31,795 bases of DNA. It comes from a bacterium. Its GTDB lineage: Bacteria > Patescibacteriota > Saccharimonadia > Saccharimonadales > Saccharimonadaceae. The stretch is taken from positions 1 through 31,795 of the forward strand of contig JAKQOF010000047.1 of assembly GCA_029565375.1 (NCBI GenBank), in the 5' to 3' direction. The notes below the pieces were generated by a model. The model was not told where the DNA came from. It saw only the letters and a program-made list of their open reading frames with translations, and did no database searches. This document shows positions 1 through 8,467 of the stretch, one piece after another (within the stretch, counting starts at the first letter, position 1; the number at the start of each line of letters is the position of its first letter). Both the position numbers and the translations under genes were made by a program.

Positions 1-1
1 T

Positions 2-478
2 ATGGGTCGTGGCGGTAGTATTGTGAACGTCAAGTTAAAGAACTTGATCGATGGCAGCGTTATTCCCAAGACCTTCAAAGGTCAGGAAAAAATTGACTCT
101 GCTGACGTTACCAACCGCAGTGTGCAATATCTGTATTCAGACGGTACAAGCTACCACTTTATGGATCCAGAGACGTTCGAACAGTTTGAACTGTCGTCGG
201 AGTTGGTTGACGACGCAGCTGGATACTTGAAAGAGGGCGAAGGCCTGAGTTTGCAGTCATTTGACGGTATTATTACCAATGTCGAATTGCCAAAGAACGT
301 GTACTTGGAAGTCACCTACAGCGAGAGTGTGACAAAGGGCGACACAACCAGCAGCGTCCTCAAAGACGCAACGCTTGAGACAGGATTGGTTGTTAAAGTT
401 CCATCATTCATCAAGACTGGCGACATCATTTCAGTTGATACCGCAACAGGTGAATACCGCGAGCGTAAAAAGGCTTAG
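2..478 (+). CDS. efp: Elongation factor P, 5'-truncated by the window edge
   Basis: EF-P motifs YLYSDG...FMDPETFEQ, GDT, LETG..V.VP.FI..GD.I.VDT..GEY.ER. At 158 aa against ~185 aa for typical EF-P, the true start lies upstream of base 1. Confidence 0.97.
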   Translation: MGRGGSIVNVKLKNLIDGSVIPKTFKGQEKIDSADVTNRSVQYLYSDGTSYHFMDPETFEQFELSSELVDDAAGYLKEGEGLSLQSFDGIITNVELPKNVYLEVTYSESVTKGDTTSSVLKDATLETGLVVKVPSFIKTGDIISVDTATGEYRERKKA

Positions 479-1201
479 ATGACCAAACAACGTTTGGACA
501 TCGAGCTGACACGTCGAGGTCTAACGACTACGCGTTCACAAGCTGAAAGCTGGATAAAGATGGGCAAGGTCACCGTTGATGGTCGCGTGCTTTCAAAACC
601 CGGCGTGTTTGTCAGTGTTAACAGCGATATCCAAATGACACCCGAGGTTCATTATGTCAGTCGCGCAGGTCTGAAGCTCGCGTCAGTTGCCGAAGTGCTG
701 AAGCTCGACTTTAAAGACAAAGTCGTTTTGGATGTTGGCAGTAGTACCGGTGGCTTTACCGACTACGCACTGCGTAACGGTGCCAAAAAAGTATATGCCG
801 TTGACGTTGGCACCGACCAATTGCACCCCAGCTTGCAGCGTCATCCCAAGATCGAACTTCACGAAAAGACAGACATCCGCGACTTTTACCTGGAGGTCAA
901 ACCAGACATTATCGTGATCGACGTGTCGTTCATTAGCCTGCGCGACATCTTGCCACATCTGCACGAGCACTTGGCCGGTCCACACACGCTCATCGCTGCC
1001 ATGGTTAAGCCACAGTTTGAAGCAGGGAAGGACCAAACCAACAAAGGTATTATTAAAAATGACTCAATGCGCCGCCAAATCCTGCGCGACTTTGAAGCCT
1101 GGTCAAAAGACTTATTTGTCATCATGGACAAGCGCGACAGCGACGTCGCCGGCGCCAAAGGTAACCAAGAACGCTTTTATCTCCTCAAGCCCACCAAATA
1201 A
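479..1201 (+). CDS. tlyA: TlyA-family rRNA 2'-O-methyltransferase (S4 domain + FtsJ-type MTase)
   Basis: N-terminal S4-like RLD...RGL..TRSQA; YVSRAGLKL, LDVGSSTGGFTD, VDVGTDQL, DVSFISL, MVKPQFEA motifs. ATG abuts the efp stop. Confidence 0.95.
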   Translation: MTKQRLDIELTRRGLTTTRSQAESWIKMGKVTVDGRVLSKPGVFVSVNSDIQMTPEVHYVSRAGLKLASVAEVLKLDFKDKVVLDVGSSTGGFTDYALRNGAKKVYAVDVGTDQLHPSLQRHPKIELHEKTDIRDFYLEVKPDIIVIDVSFISLRDILPHLHEHLAGPHTLIAAMVKPQFEAGKDQTNKGIIKNDSMRRQILRDFEAWSKDLFVIMDKRDSDVAGAKGNQERFYLLKPTK

Positions 1202-1328
1202 CCCTCGCACTTCGATTTCGTCTCCATCGTCTCCATCGTGTGACTTGCATTCCCCGCCATTTATTATCTGCAGAGGTCCGTCCCTTGCTCAGCGGAATTT
1301 AAGTTTTGAATCTGTTTTATTGATCATT

Positions 1329-1535
1329 TTATGGGTCTGAGCGCTTGAGTGTAGAGGTGCCGTTGTGCCAAAAGCTGCAAAAGGCACATTTGTATTGTGA
1401 GAGTGTTGATTTGGGGGCGTTGAGTGCTGCATCGAGTTCGGTGCGGTACTTTTTCTTTACTTTGTCGTCAATCACACAATACTCATTTGGATTGGGCTGG
1501 GTAGGGTAGGCCGCGCTTCGTTTTTTGTGCTTCAT
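1329..1535 (-). CDS. Small hypothetical protein (68 aa) with a putative C-x29-CxxC-x3-H zinc site
   Basis: ATG 7 nt downstream of the ychF stop, with SD-like AGGTGAG before it (TAGGTGAGTTATG). YKCAFCSFWH motif. Fills an otherwise empty gap. Confidence 0.7.
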   Translation of the reverse strand: MKHKKRSAAYPTQPNPNEYCVIDDKVKKKYRTELDAALNAPKSTLSQYKCAFCSFWHNGTSTLKRSDP

Positions 1536-1542
1536 AACTCAC

Positions 1543-2619
1543 CTAAACGTTAAAGCGGAACTCAACGACATCGCCAGGTTGCATGATGTACTCTTTACCC
1601 TCAGTGCGCATCTTGCCGGCTGCTTTAGCGGCGGCTTCTGAGCCCGCAGCAATTAGGTCATCGTAGTCAAAAATGGCTGCAGCAATAAAGCCACGTTCAA
1701 AATCACCGTGAATCACGCCAGCTGCTTGTGGGGCAGTCGCACCTTTTTTGATTGTCCAGGCGCGGATCTCTTGAACGCCTGCGGTCAGATAACTTTGCAG
1801 TCCCAGTGTGTCATAGGCAGCATGGATCATTTGACCCAATCCAGTCTCTTTAACGCCGTAACTTTCCAGCAGTTCACGTGCGTCTGCCTCTGACAGACCT
1901 TTAATTTCTTCTTCCAATTGAGCGCATACAAAAATTGTTCGGGCAGGTGCAACTAGGGCAGATAGCTCGGCTTGCTTCGTGGTGTCAGTCAGTGTTTTTT
2001 CATCAATATTAAAGGCATAAATAACAGGTTTTGCAGTCAGTAGGTGCAGGTCAGCGATGTATTCGTGATTCAAGCTCGGTAGGGCAGACAGTGGCACACC
2101 TTTGTTCAGCTCGTCGAGAAGGCCTTGCAGATACTCGGCGATAACACGTGACTTTGGAAGTGCTTTTGACTCTTTGATAACCTTTGGCAGGCGAGTCTCG
2201 ATGGTTTGAATGTCGGCGAGGATCAGCTCGGTGTTGATAATCTCGATGTCTTTGAGGGGGTCGATGCGGTTCTCAACATGAACAATATCGTCGTTATGAA
2301 AGGCGCGCACAATATGCACAATTGCATCGCATTGGCGAATGTTGGCCAGGAACTTGTTGCCCAAGCCTTCGCCTTTGCTGGCACCGGCGACCAAGCCTGC
2401 AATATCAACAAAGGTGACACTGGCAGGGATGATCTTGGTCGAGTGGTATAGGTCTGCCAGGCGCGAAAGTCGTTCGTCAGGCACAGCAACAATACCCGTG
2501 TTCGGCTCGATCGTCGCGAACGGGTAATTAGCTGCCAAGATAGAATTGTTGGTCAGGGCATTAAACAAGGTTGATTTGCCAACATTAGGCAAACCCACGA
2601 TTCCGATAGAAAGACTCAT
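1543..2619 (-). CDS. ychF: Redox-regulated ATPase YchF (Obg family)
   Basis: GIVGLPNVGKSTLFNALT, ANYPFATIEPN, DIAGLV.GAS.GEGLGNKFL, APQAAGVIHGDFERGFI, C-terminal DGDVVEFRFNV-like (PGDVVEFRFNV). Confidence 0.98.
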   Translation of the reverse strand: MSLSIGIVGLPNVGKSTLFNALTNNSILAANYPFATIEPNTGIVAVPDERLSRLADLYHSTKIIPASVTFVDIAGLVAGASKGEGLGNKFLANIRQCDAIVHIVRAFHNDDIVHVENRIDPLKDIEIINTELILADIQTIETRLPKVIKESKALPKSRVIAEYLQGLLDELNKGVPLSALPSLNHEYIADLHLLTAKPVIYAFNIDEKTLTDTTKQAELSALVAPARTIFVCAQLEEEIKGLSEADARELLESYGVKETGLGQMIHAAYDTLGLQSYLTAGVQEIRAWTIKKGATAPQAAGVIHGDFERGFIAAAIFDYDDLIAAGSEAAAKAAGKMRTEGKEYIMQPGDVVEFRFNV

Positions 2620-2625
2620 ACCGCT

Positions 2626-2634
2626 ATTTTAACA
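2626..2634 (-). promoter_or_regulatory. Extended -10 promoter (TGtTAAAAT) of ychF, probably leaderless
   Basis: Minus strand reads TGTTAAAAT-agcggt-ATG, 6 nt to the start codon. Confidence 0.6.
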
Positions 2635-2681
2635 GATATGAATTGTATTCGCATAAGCGGTATACTATAATTGGCTTAATT

Positions 2682-3197
2682 ATGGCGATCAAGATAACAC
2701 GCACAAAAATTATTATCATTGTTATCGTATTTGTTGTACTTGTTGGTGGGGCACTGAGCTGGTTCTTGCTGTTTAATAAATCTGGTACGCCAGCACTGAC
2801 GGACGACCAAAAAAATCCCGACAAGGTAAATACAACTGCAACGAATCTTTATTTTTCGTCACGTAATTTTGATGAAGCAAATAAAGCATACGATCAAGCG
2901 ATTGGCGCTAACACTGACCCTAAGGCGCTCGCAGAGCTGTATCGGTATAAGGCAACGTTGTACTTGAATGACAAAAAATATGATGAGGCAATAACGCTTG
3001 CCAAAAAGTCAGATGGCTATTTGCCAACGCGCTTTTCGGCTGACCTCCTGGGCGAGATATATCTGGCACAGGGTAATAAAGCAGAGGCAATCAACAGCTT
3101 TAAGCTCGCAATTTCACGTCTGGATACGGACGGATATAACGATATAACGATTAATACCAAGGACTACTATGAAGCGCGTATCAGGGAAGCACAGTAA
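2682..3197 (+). CDS. Membrane-anchored TPR-repeat protein (171 aa from ATG 2682)
   Basis: One N-terminal hydrophobic helix (IIIIVIVFVVLVGGALSWFLLF) followed by TPR-like repeats (A..AYDQAI, YDEAI..AKK, LLGEIYLAQGNKAEAINSFKLAI). Stop overlaps the next start (TAATG). ATG 2682 is preferred to 2643 because -10-like boxes lie at 2661-2671. Confidence 0.8.
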   Translation: MAIKITRTKIIIIVIVFVVLVGGALSWFLLFNKSGTPALTDDQKNPDKVNTTATNLYFSSRNFDEANKAYDQAIGANTDPKALAELYRYKATLYLNDKKYDEAITLAKKSDGYLPTRFSADLLGEIYLAQGNKAEAINSFKLAISRLDTDGYNDITINTKDYYEARIREAQ

Positions 3198-5704
3198 TGG
3201 CTAAAGGGCTGCATAAAAAGCGGTTTTTTGCAGTTCTATTGTTGTTTGGGTTTTTGATCGCCTCAAGCGCCTCAATTTTGGTTGATGTCGAGAAGGCTCA
3301 CGCCATCACTGGTCAGGGCAATAATATTGGCTGGATAACGGGTCGTAATATGTATTACACAGACACACCAACACCAGACAGAAGGGTGATTCCAAGAGGA
3401 TTATATAACGACTCGGGGATTGGTGTCCGTAATGTTGCACAACTGATCAGAAGTTTACAATTATCGCATGGTGCAGGTGGGCAAAATACCACCGGCGCAG
3501 CGTTTGTTGTACGCACCATGCTTGGCCTTGGCGCAGGTCGGGACGTATCGACTGCACAATGGACTGATTTGACACAACGTCTGGATGCGCTGCAGGCACA
3601 AGGAAAGATTACGTGGAACGCATGGATAGACAAAACAGGCACAACATACGGAAGTGACAAATATACCGGCTATTTTGACGGTGATTATTACGGATACACC
3701 GATTATGATGTCGCAGAGCACAGTGATTGGCCACAAACTGGCGCGGGTGTATATATTGATGTTGGCAGTGGCAAAAGTTACAGCTTGCTGTATTTTTGTG
3801 CAAACCCGTCAGGTGATGCAGTGCCACTGCCGGTAACGCCGCCATGGTGTTTACTGCCAAGTGGTACAAAGTTGTACGGAAATCCAAATGACGCTTCATG
3901 TACTCCTGGCCCAAAGCAACCAGACCCAGATCCTCCAACGTTTGATAACCCAAATCCATACAACTCAGGTGTTGCAACGGTAGCAGATCGCAGCGTTGCG
4001 GTTCCTGGTGAGACTATCACCTGGAAGCATGTCATTAGAAACAGCGGCCCGAACAAGACCCACGTTGACATCACCTATCATTATCAGGACCGTCAAGACT
4101 TAGGGGCAGGCACAGGAGCTAATAAGATATTGCCAAAAGATACTCCATTGGGAGGAGGAGATACCTTTACCTCAACACACCTGGTCACTGCGAGTGACCT
4201 AACAAAAACCTTGTGTCGCTCAACAAGCGCGAGTCCGAAAAGCTCGATAGATAGCGGGTGGATAGAGTCTAATCAGGCGTGTGTAACAGTGCCGTATAAC
4301 TACACGCTGACACCAACTGCATCACTGGCATCAAATCGCGTGATTGAAGGATCTGCGACGGCAAAAGTGGATATTGGTGTGCAAAATGCCGGTCCAACGC
4401 AGTCCAAACCAACACAGTGGCGCGTCACAAAGATTATTGTTCAACAAGGTGGGTCAGTACCAAATTCAGCAGGCGGGACTTCTGTCGCAGCTGCGTTGCC
4501 GTGTGGAACGTACTTTAGCAATGCTAAGGCGGTATGCTCGACTGTTCCTGGTGCGTCTGGAACGTCTGTATTTGGTGTTGGTGGATCGATTATCTCGGGT
4601 GACCAATTGCCACAACAATCAGTACCTATTGGAGACCTTCCAATCGGCACAAAGATTTGTTTTGCCTTGTCCGTGCAAGCCGAATCCAGCAGTAGCGATC
4701 AATGGCGCCATTCTGCACCAAGCTGTATTACTATCGGTAAAAAACCAAAGATCCAAGTACTGGGTGAAGATTTGTCTGTCGGTAAAGCCTTTTCAGGAGT
4801 GACGGGTGCATTGCCACTAGCCAACATCTATACCAGTACATCAGTCAAAGATATTAGTGGTGTACAACGGACATTTGGTAGCTGGACTGAGTATGGTATT
4901 TTTGCCACAGGACGTGTTGGTGCGTCAACATCTGGCTCAATTGCCTCTGGATCGGCATATGGAGGTAACCCAACTGGCCTTGAGAACGCAACGTTATGTA
5001 ATACCAGCACGCTTAGCTTTACAAACGCCGCAACAACAACAGGATGTAACGCGACGACTGTTATTGGGGGTTATGCAACGACACGTACTATTCCAGACGT
5101 TGCCTCGACGTTCCCTGTGACTAGCTCGACACCTGTACTGACGACCAATGACCTTGCAAACGCTGCGGTTAAAGGTGTGTACACAGCACCAGGCGACCTG
5201 ACGCTCAGCGGTGGGACAATTGGTGTTTCTCGTTGGGTAGTGCTGAACGCGCCAAACTCAACAGTCACCATAAACGGCAATATTTTGTACACACCAGCAA
5301 CGCTGACGTCGGCAAGTCAGATTCCACAAGTGATCATTATCGCCAAGAACATCGTTATTGCTGACAGTGTGACGCAAATTGACGCATGGTTGATTGCTAA
5401 GAGCTCATCGATTACGACAGACGGTGTTATCAATACCTGTGGAACAGTTGGCGGCACAGCGCTTAGTACGACTGAGCCTTTGACTGCTGGCATTTGTAGT
5501 AACCAATTGGTCGTTAACGGCCCAGTCATGGCAAACAAGCTATTCCTTCGCCGCACAGCAGGATCGGGGACAGGCGCAAATAGTGGTGATCCTGCCGAAA
5601 TCTTTAATTTGCGCCCAGATGCATATATTTGGGCAGCGGCACGTTCGCAAAGTGGCGGTCGGATTCAGACAGTCTACAGCACCGAACTTCCGCCTCGCCT
5701 GTAA
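3197..5704 (+). CDS. Large secreted Cys/Thr/Gly-rich protein (835 aa), candidate pilus-associated adhesin
   Basis: Sec signal ending EKAHA^I, N-terminal globular region, Pro-rich linker (PGPKQPDPDPP), Ig-like DUF11/CARDB-style segments (VPGETITWKHVIRNSGP; VDIGVQNAGPTQS), beta-rich C-terminus, 13 Cys. Lies directly upstream of pilM. The adhesin function is inferred from context. Confidence 0.6.
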   Translation: MAKGLHKKRFFAVLLLFGFLIASSASILVDVEKAHAITGQGNNIGWITGRNMYYTDTPTPDRRVIPRGLYNDSGIGVRNVAQLIRSLQLSHGAGGQNTTGAAFVVRTMLGLGAGRDVSTAQWTDLTQRLDALQAQGKITWNAWIDKTGTTYGSDKYTGYFDGDYYGYTDYDVAEHSDWPQTGAGVYIDVGSGKSYSLLYFCANPSGDAVPLPVTPPWCLLPSGTKLYGNPNDASCTPGPKQPDPDPPTFDNPNPYNSGVATVADRSVAVPGETITWKHVIRNSGPNKTHVDITYHYQDRQDLGAGTGANKILPKDTPLGGGDTFTSTHLVTASDLTKTLCRSTSASPKSSIDSGWIESNQACVTVPYNYTLTPTASLASNRVIEGSATAKVDIGVQNAGPTQSKPTQWRVTKIIVQQGGSVPNSAGGTSVAAALPCGTYFSNAKAVCSTVPGASGTSVFGVGGSIISGDQLPQQSVPIGDLPIGTKICFALSVQAESSSSDQWRHSAPSCITIGKKPKIQVLGEDLSVGKAFSGVTGALPLANIYTSTSVKDISGVQRTFGSWTEYGIFATGRVGASTSGSIASGSAYGGNPTGLENATLCNTSTLSFTNAATTTGCNATTVIGGYATTRTIPDVASTFPVTSSTPVLTTNDLANAAVKGVYTAPGDLTLSGGTIGVSRWVVLNAPNSTVTINGNILYTPATLTSASQIPQVIIIAKNIVIADSVTQIDAWLIAKSSSITTDGVINTCGTVGGTALSTTEPLTAGICSNQLVVNGPVMANKLFLRRTAGSGTGANSGDPAEIFNLRPDAYIWAAARSQSGGRIQTVYSTELPPRL

Positions 5705-5742
5705 TATCGTTTCTTCGCTTGCTTTTACGCTTACGCTTTAGG

Positions 5743-5748
5743 TATAAT
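5743..5748 (+). promoter_or_regulatory. -10 box (TATAAT) of the pilM operon
   Basis: Perfect TATAAT 10 nt before ATG 5759, preceded by GCTT repeats (5716-5738). Confidence 0.55.
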
Positions 5749-5758
5749 GAAAGGCAAT

Positions 5759-6805
5759 ATGGCATTACTAAAAGGAGTGGGCGACTTTTTTGCACTAGAT
5801 ATAGGCACCAACGCCGTACGCGTCGTGCAATTGTCTTCGACTGGACCTGAAAGTTGGGCACTCGAACATTATGGATACGTCCCTCTGGATGAGAAAACAA
5901 GTACCAGCTCGTCGAGTGAAAGCCAACATCGTCTTGGTGAGATTATTATGACGGCTATTGGTCAAAGTGGCATAAAGGCTAAGAATGTCGCCATTGGCTT
6001 GCCATCAAGCAAGACGTTCACAACAGTAGTTGACGTACCGAATATGGGCGACGCCGAGCTACGTAGTACGATTAAATATCAGATCGATCAGTATATTCCG
6101 ATGGCAATTGATGAGACAAAGGTTGACTGGGCACCACTCGGCCAATCCCTCCATGATCCAAAGCAACAAGAAGTATTGTTGGCAAGCACTGCAAATGCCT
6201 ATGCAGAGGAACGACTTGAGTTTATCGAGAGCCTAGGACTCAATGTTATTGCAGCAGAACCTGATCCGATTGCGATGATTCGTTCGTTGCTACCGAGCGG
6301 GGTTAAGGACGCGCGACTCATCATTGATGTTGGTGAGCAGTCAACAGATTTGGCAATTACATTTGGTGACTCACCACGCCTCGTGCGCACGATTCCTATG
6401 GGGCTTCGCTCACTGATCAAAGCAGCAGTCCAAAACCTCAATGTACAGGAAGAACAAGCTCGTCAGTTTATTTTGAAGTTTGGACTGGCCCCAGACCGTC
6501 TTGAAGGTCAGGTATTCCGGGCTATCGAAGGGACGCTTGATAACTTTGCTGCCGAGTTGATCAAATCAATTAAGTTCTTTCAAACTCGCTACCCAAACAC
6601 ACCAGTGGGAGGCATTTTATTATCTGGTTTTGCCGCGATTGTGCCACAATTTGGCGACTACGTTGCTGCAAAGACTACTGTTGCCGCCGCGGTCGCGAAC
6701 CCATGGCAAAAAGTACGTGTGAATCAGGCTGATCAGCAACAACTGGGCAGTGTTGCCTCCGAGTTTGCAGCTGTTATTGGCCTCGCCGAGAGGAGGAACA
6801 GGTAA
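5759..6805 (+). CDS. pilM: Type IV pilus assembly protein PilM (actin-like)
   Basis: ALDIGTNAVRVVQL, IIDVGEQSTDL, ILLSGFAA, VANPW, AAVIGLAER. ATG 5759 chosen because the ORF-track start 5747 overlaps the -10 box. Confidence 0.93.
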   Translation: MALLKGVGDFFALDIGTNAVRVVQLSSTGPESWALEHYGYVPLDEKTSTSSSSESQHRLGEIIMTAIGQSGIKAKNVAIGLPSSKTFTTVVDVPNMGDAELRSTIKYQIDQYIPMAIDETKVDWAPLGQSLHDPKQQEVLLASTANAYAEERLEFIESLGLNVIAAEPDPIAMIRSLLPSGVKDARLIIDVGEQSTDLAITFGDSPRLVRTIPMGLRSLIKAAVQNLNVQEEQARQFILKFGLAPDRLEGQVFRAIEGTLDNFAAELIKSIKFFQTRYPNTPVGGILLSGFAAIVPQFGDYVAAKTTVAAAVANPWQKVRVNQADQQQLGSVASEFAAVIGLAERRNR

Positions 6806-7530
6806 TGATTGAGATCAACCTTGTTCCTGACGTTAAACAGGAACTTATCAAGGCACAACGTGTCCGTTCTACGGTGATTTCGTTCTCGATTATTATTGCT
6901 GTCGGCGCCGGTATTATTGTGACGCTTCTAGCGATCTATGTATTTGGTGTGCAAACGGTTCGTGGCGTTGTTGCCGACGGTGCTATTACCGATGGTGGCA
7001 AAAAACTAGCCAGTGTTGAAGACCTTTCAAAAACACTTACTATTCAAAACCAGCTGACAAAGATATCATCACTACACGCTGATAAAAAAATTGATTCACG
7101 TATTTTTGATGTGCTGGTCGCGATTATTCCCGCGTCACCAAACCAAGTGCAGATATCAAATCTAGCGATTGACTCAGACCTAGGAACGATTAGTGTTGAG
7201 GGACAGGCTGCAAGAAGTTATGCGGCACTTGAGGTGTTTCGTAAGACGATTGAAGGTGCTCAGGTGCAGTTTACTAACGATCAAGGTGATCAATCGGTGA
7301 CATTAGCCTCAGATGTCAGCACTGGTGAGACTAGCTACGGTGAAGACGCGTCCGGTGCAAAGGTGCTGCGCTTTACGATGAGCTTTAAGTATGCACCCGA
7401 ATTATTTGCGCCTGCATCTAAGAATTTACGTATCGTGATATCGACCAAGGGCAATGCGACTGACTCGTATTTGGGTGTACCGACAAGTATCTTTGTTGAT
7501 CGCGCAAAAGATCTTGAGGGGGGTCAGTAA
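6805..7530 (+). CDS. pilN: PilN-like pilus alignment protein
   Basis: N-terminal EINLVP (PilM-binding INLLP-type motif), single TM helix, TAATG-coupled to pilM. Confidence 0.85.
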   Translation: MIEINLVPDVKQELIKAQRVRSTVISFSIIIAVGAGIIVTLLAIYVFGVQTVRGVVADGAITDGGKKLASVEDLSKTLTIQNQLTKISSLHADKKIDSRIFDVLVAIIPASPNQVQISNLAIDSDLGTISVEGQAARSYAALEVFRKTIEGAQVQFTNDQGDQSVTLASDVSTGETSYGEDASGAKVLRFTMSFKYAPELFAPASKNLRIVISTKGNATDSYLGVPTSIFVDRAKDLEGGQ

Positions 7531-8225
7531 TGCAGCCAAAAGACGCAGCAATACGCAAGCGAACGCAGATCGCCAGTGCAAACAGGACGATGTTTATCTG
7601 GGTTGCAGGGGTATCTGTTGTTGTAGGTGTTGCCTTGGTAAGCTCGATATTCCTGATTCAGAAATTGTCATTTAACGAAAAAATATTGGCTGAAAAAGAT
7701 AAGACAGTTTCAACACTGACCAAGAATAATAATAATGTGAGCGAACTTGAGGCACAGGTGAGGATTCTTGATAACAACCAAGCATTGATTGACTCTAAAG
7801 CAAAACCAGATGACCAAGCCGTACAGGTTATCTTGGATGCACTCCCATCAGATGCAAACTTTACTGCACTTGGTGCATCACTCCAAGATAAGCTGCTTGC
7901 CAATATCCCAGGTCTCACCATTGAGTCACTACAGGTTGATCCAGTGATTGGCGTTGAGTCATTGTCGGCTGATGCGGTCGTGCAGTCCGGGTCGAGTAAA
8001 AACTCTGCTTCACAGCCTCAGATTACATTCCGCTTTACGGTCAACGGCAGCGAAACGGCACTTAAGGAAGTGTTGACCCGTTTGGAGCGTTCGATTCGCG
8101 CTATTGATGTGACATCGCTACGGATTGAAAGTCAGGGTGCTGGACGATTGTTGACTGTTCAGGCGCGCGCTTTTTACGAACCAGCGCGAACGGTAGAGTT
8201 GAGAGATAAGGTGGTAAAGCCATGA
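7530..8225 (+). CDS. pilO: PilO-like pilus alignment protein
   Basis: Single TM helix, coiled coil, DALP and C-terminal ferredoxin-like signature (F.V.GS...LKEVL.RLERSIR.IDV). Position after pilN. Confidence 0.8.
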   Translation: MQPKDAAIRKRTQIASANRTMFIWVAGVSVVVGVALVSSIFLIQKLSFNEKILAEKDKTVSTLTKNNNNVSELEAQVRILDNNQALIDSKAKPDDQAVQVILDALPSDANFTALGASLQDKLLANIPGLTIESLQVDPVIGVESLSADAVVQSGSSKNSASQPQITFRFTVNGSETALKEVLTRLERSIRAIDVTSLRIESQGAGRLLTVQARAFYEPARTVELRDKVVKP

Positions 8226-8455
8226 AAAAAAGCGATATAGCAATGATTGTCTTGATTGCAGCCGTCAGCATGCTGGTTGCGTATTTTGTTGCCAGCAGTC
8301 TCTTTGGTAGCATATCCGGCGAAAGCGCAAAGGTGAAGACGATTGACCCAATTAACGCAACGATTGTCGAGCCTAGCACGGATATCTTTAACAAAAATGC
8401 AATTAACCCAGCTGTTCAAGTCGAGATCAAATCTACCCAATCAGGGACACAGTAG
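8222..8455 (+). CDS. Small single-TM protein (77 aa) at the pilP position
   Basis: ATGA overlap with pilO; TM helix IAMIVLIAAVSMLVAYFVASSLF; ...DIFNKNAINP motif; no Cys, so no lipobox. Confidence 0.7.
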   Translation: MKKSDIAMIVLIAAVSMLVAYFVASSLFGSISGESAKVKTIDPINATIVEPSTDIFNKNAINPAVQVEIKSTQSGTQ

Positions 8456-8467
8456 GAGTATGGCCGT

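Noticed and set aside
1202-1328. 9-bp tandem repeat (TCGTCTCCA x2 + TCGT, 1218-1239) in a terminator-less gap between convergent genes
   Set aside because: Only ~2.4 copies, no convincing stable fold by eye and no second copy in the window; cannot be told from chance or slippage.
3355-5900. Many 60-150 aa alternative-frame and antisense ORFs within the 835-aa gene (and similar ones across the window)
   Set aside because: Shadow ORFs fully overlapping well-supported genes, with no motifs or start signals.
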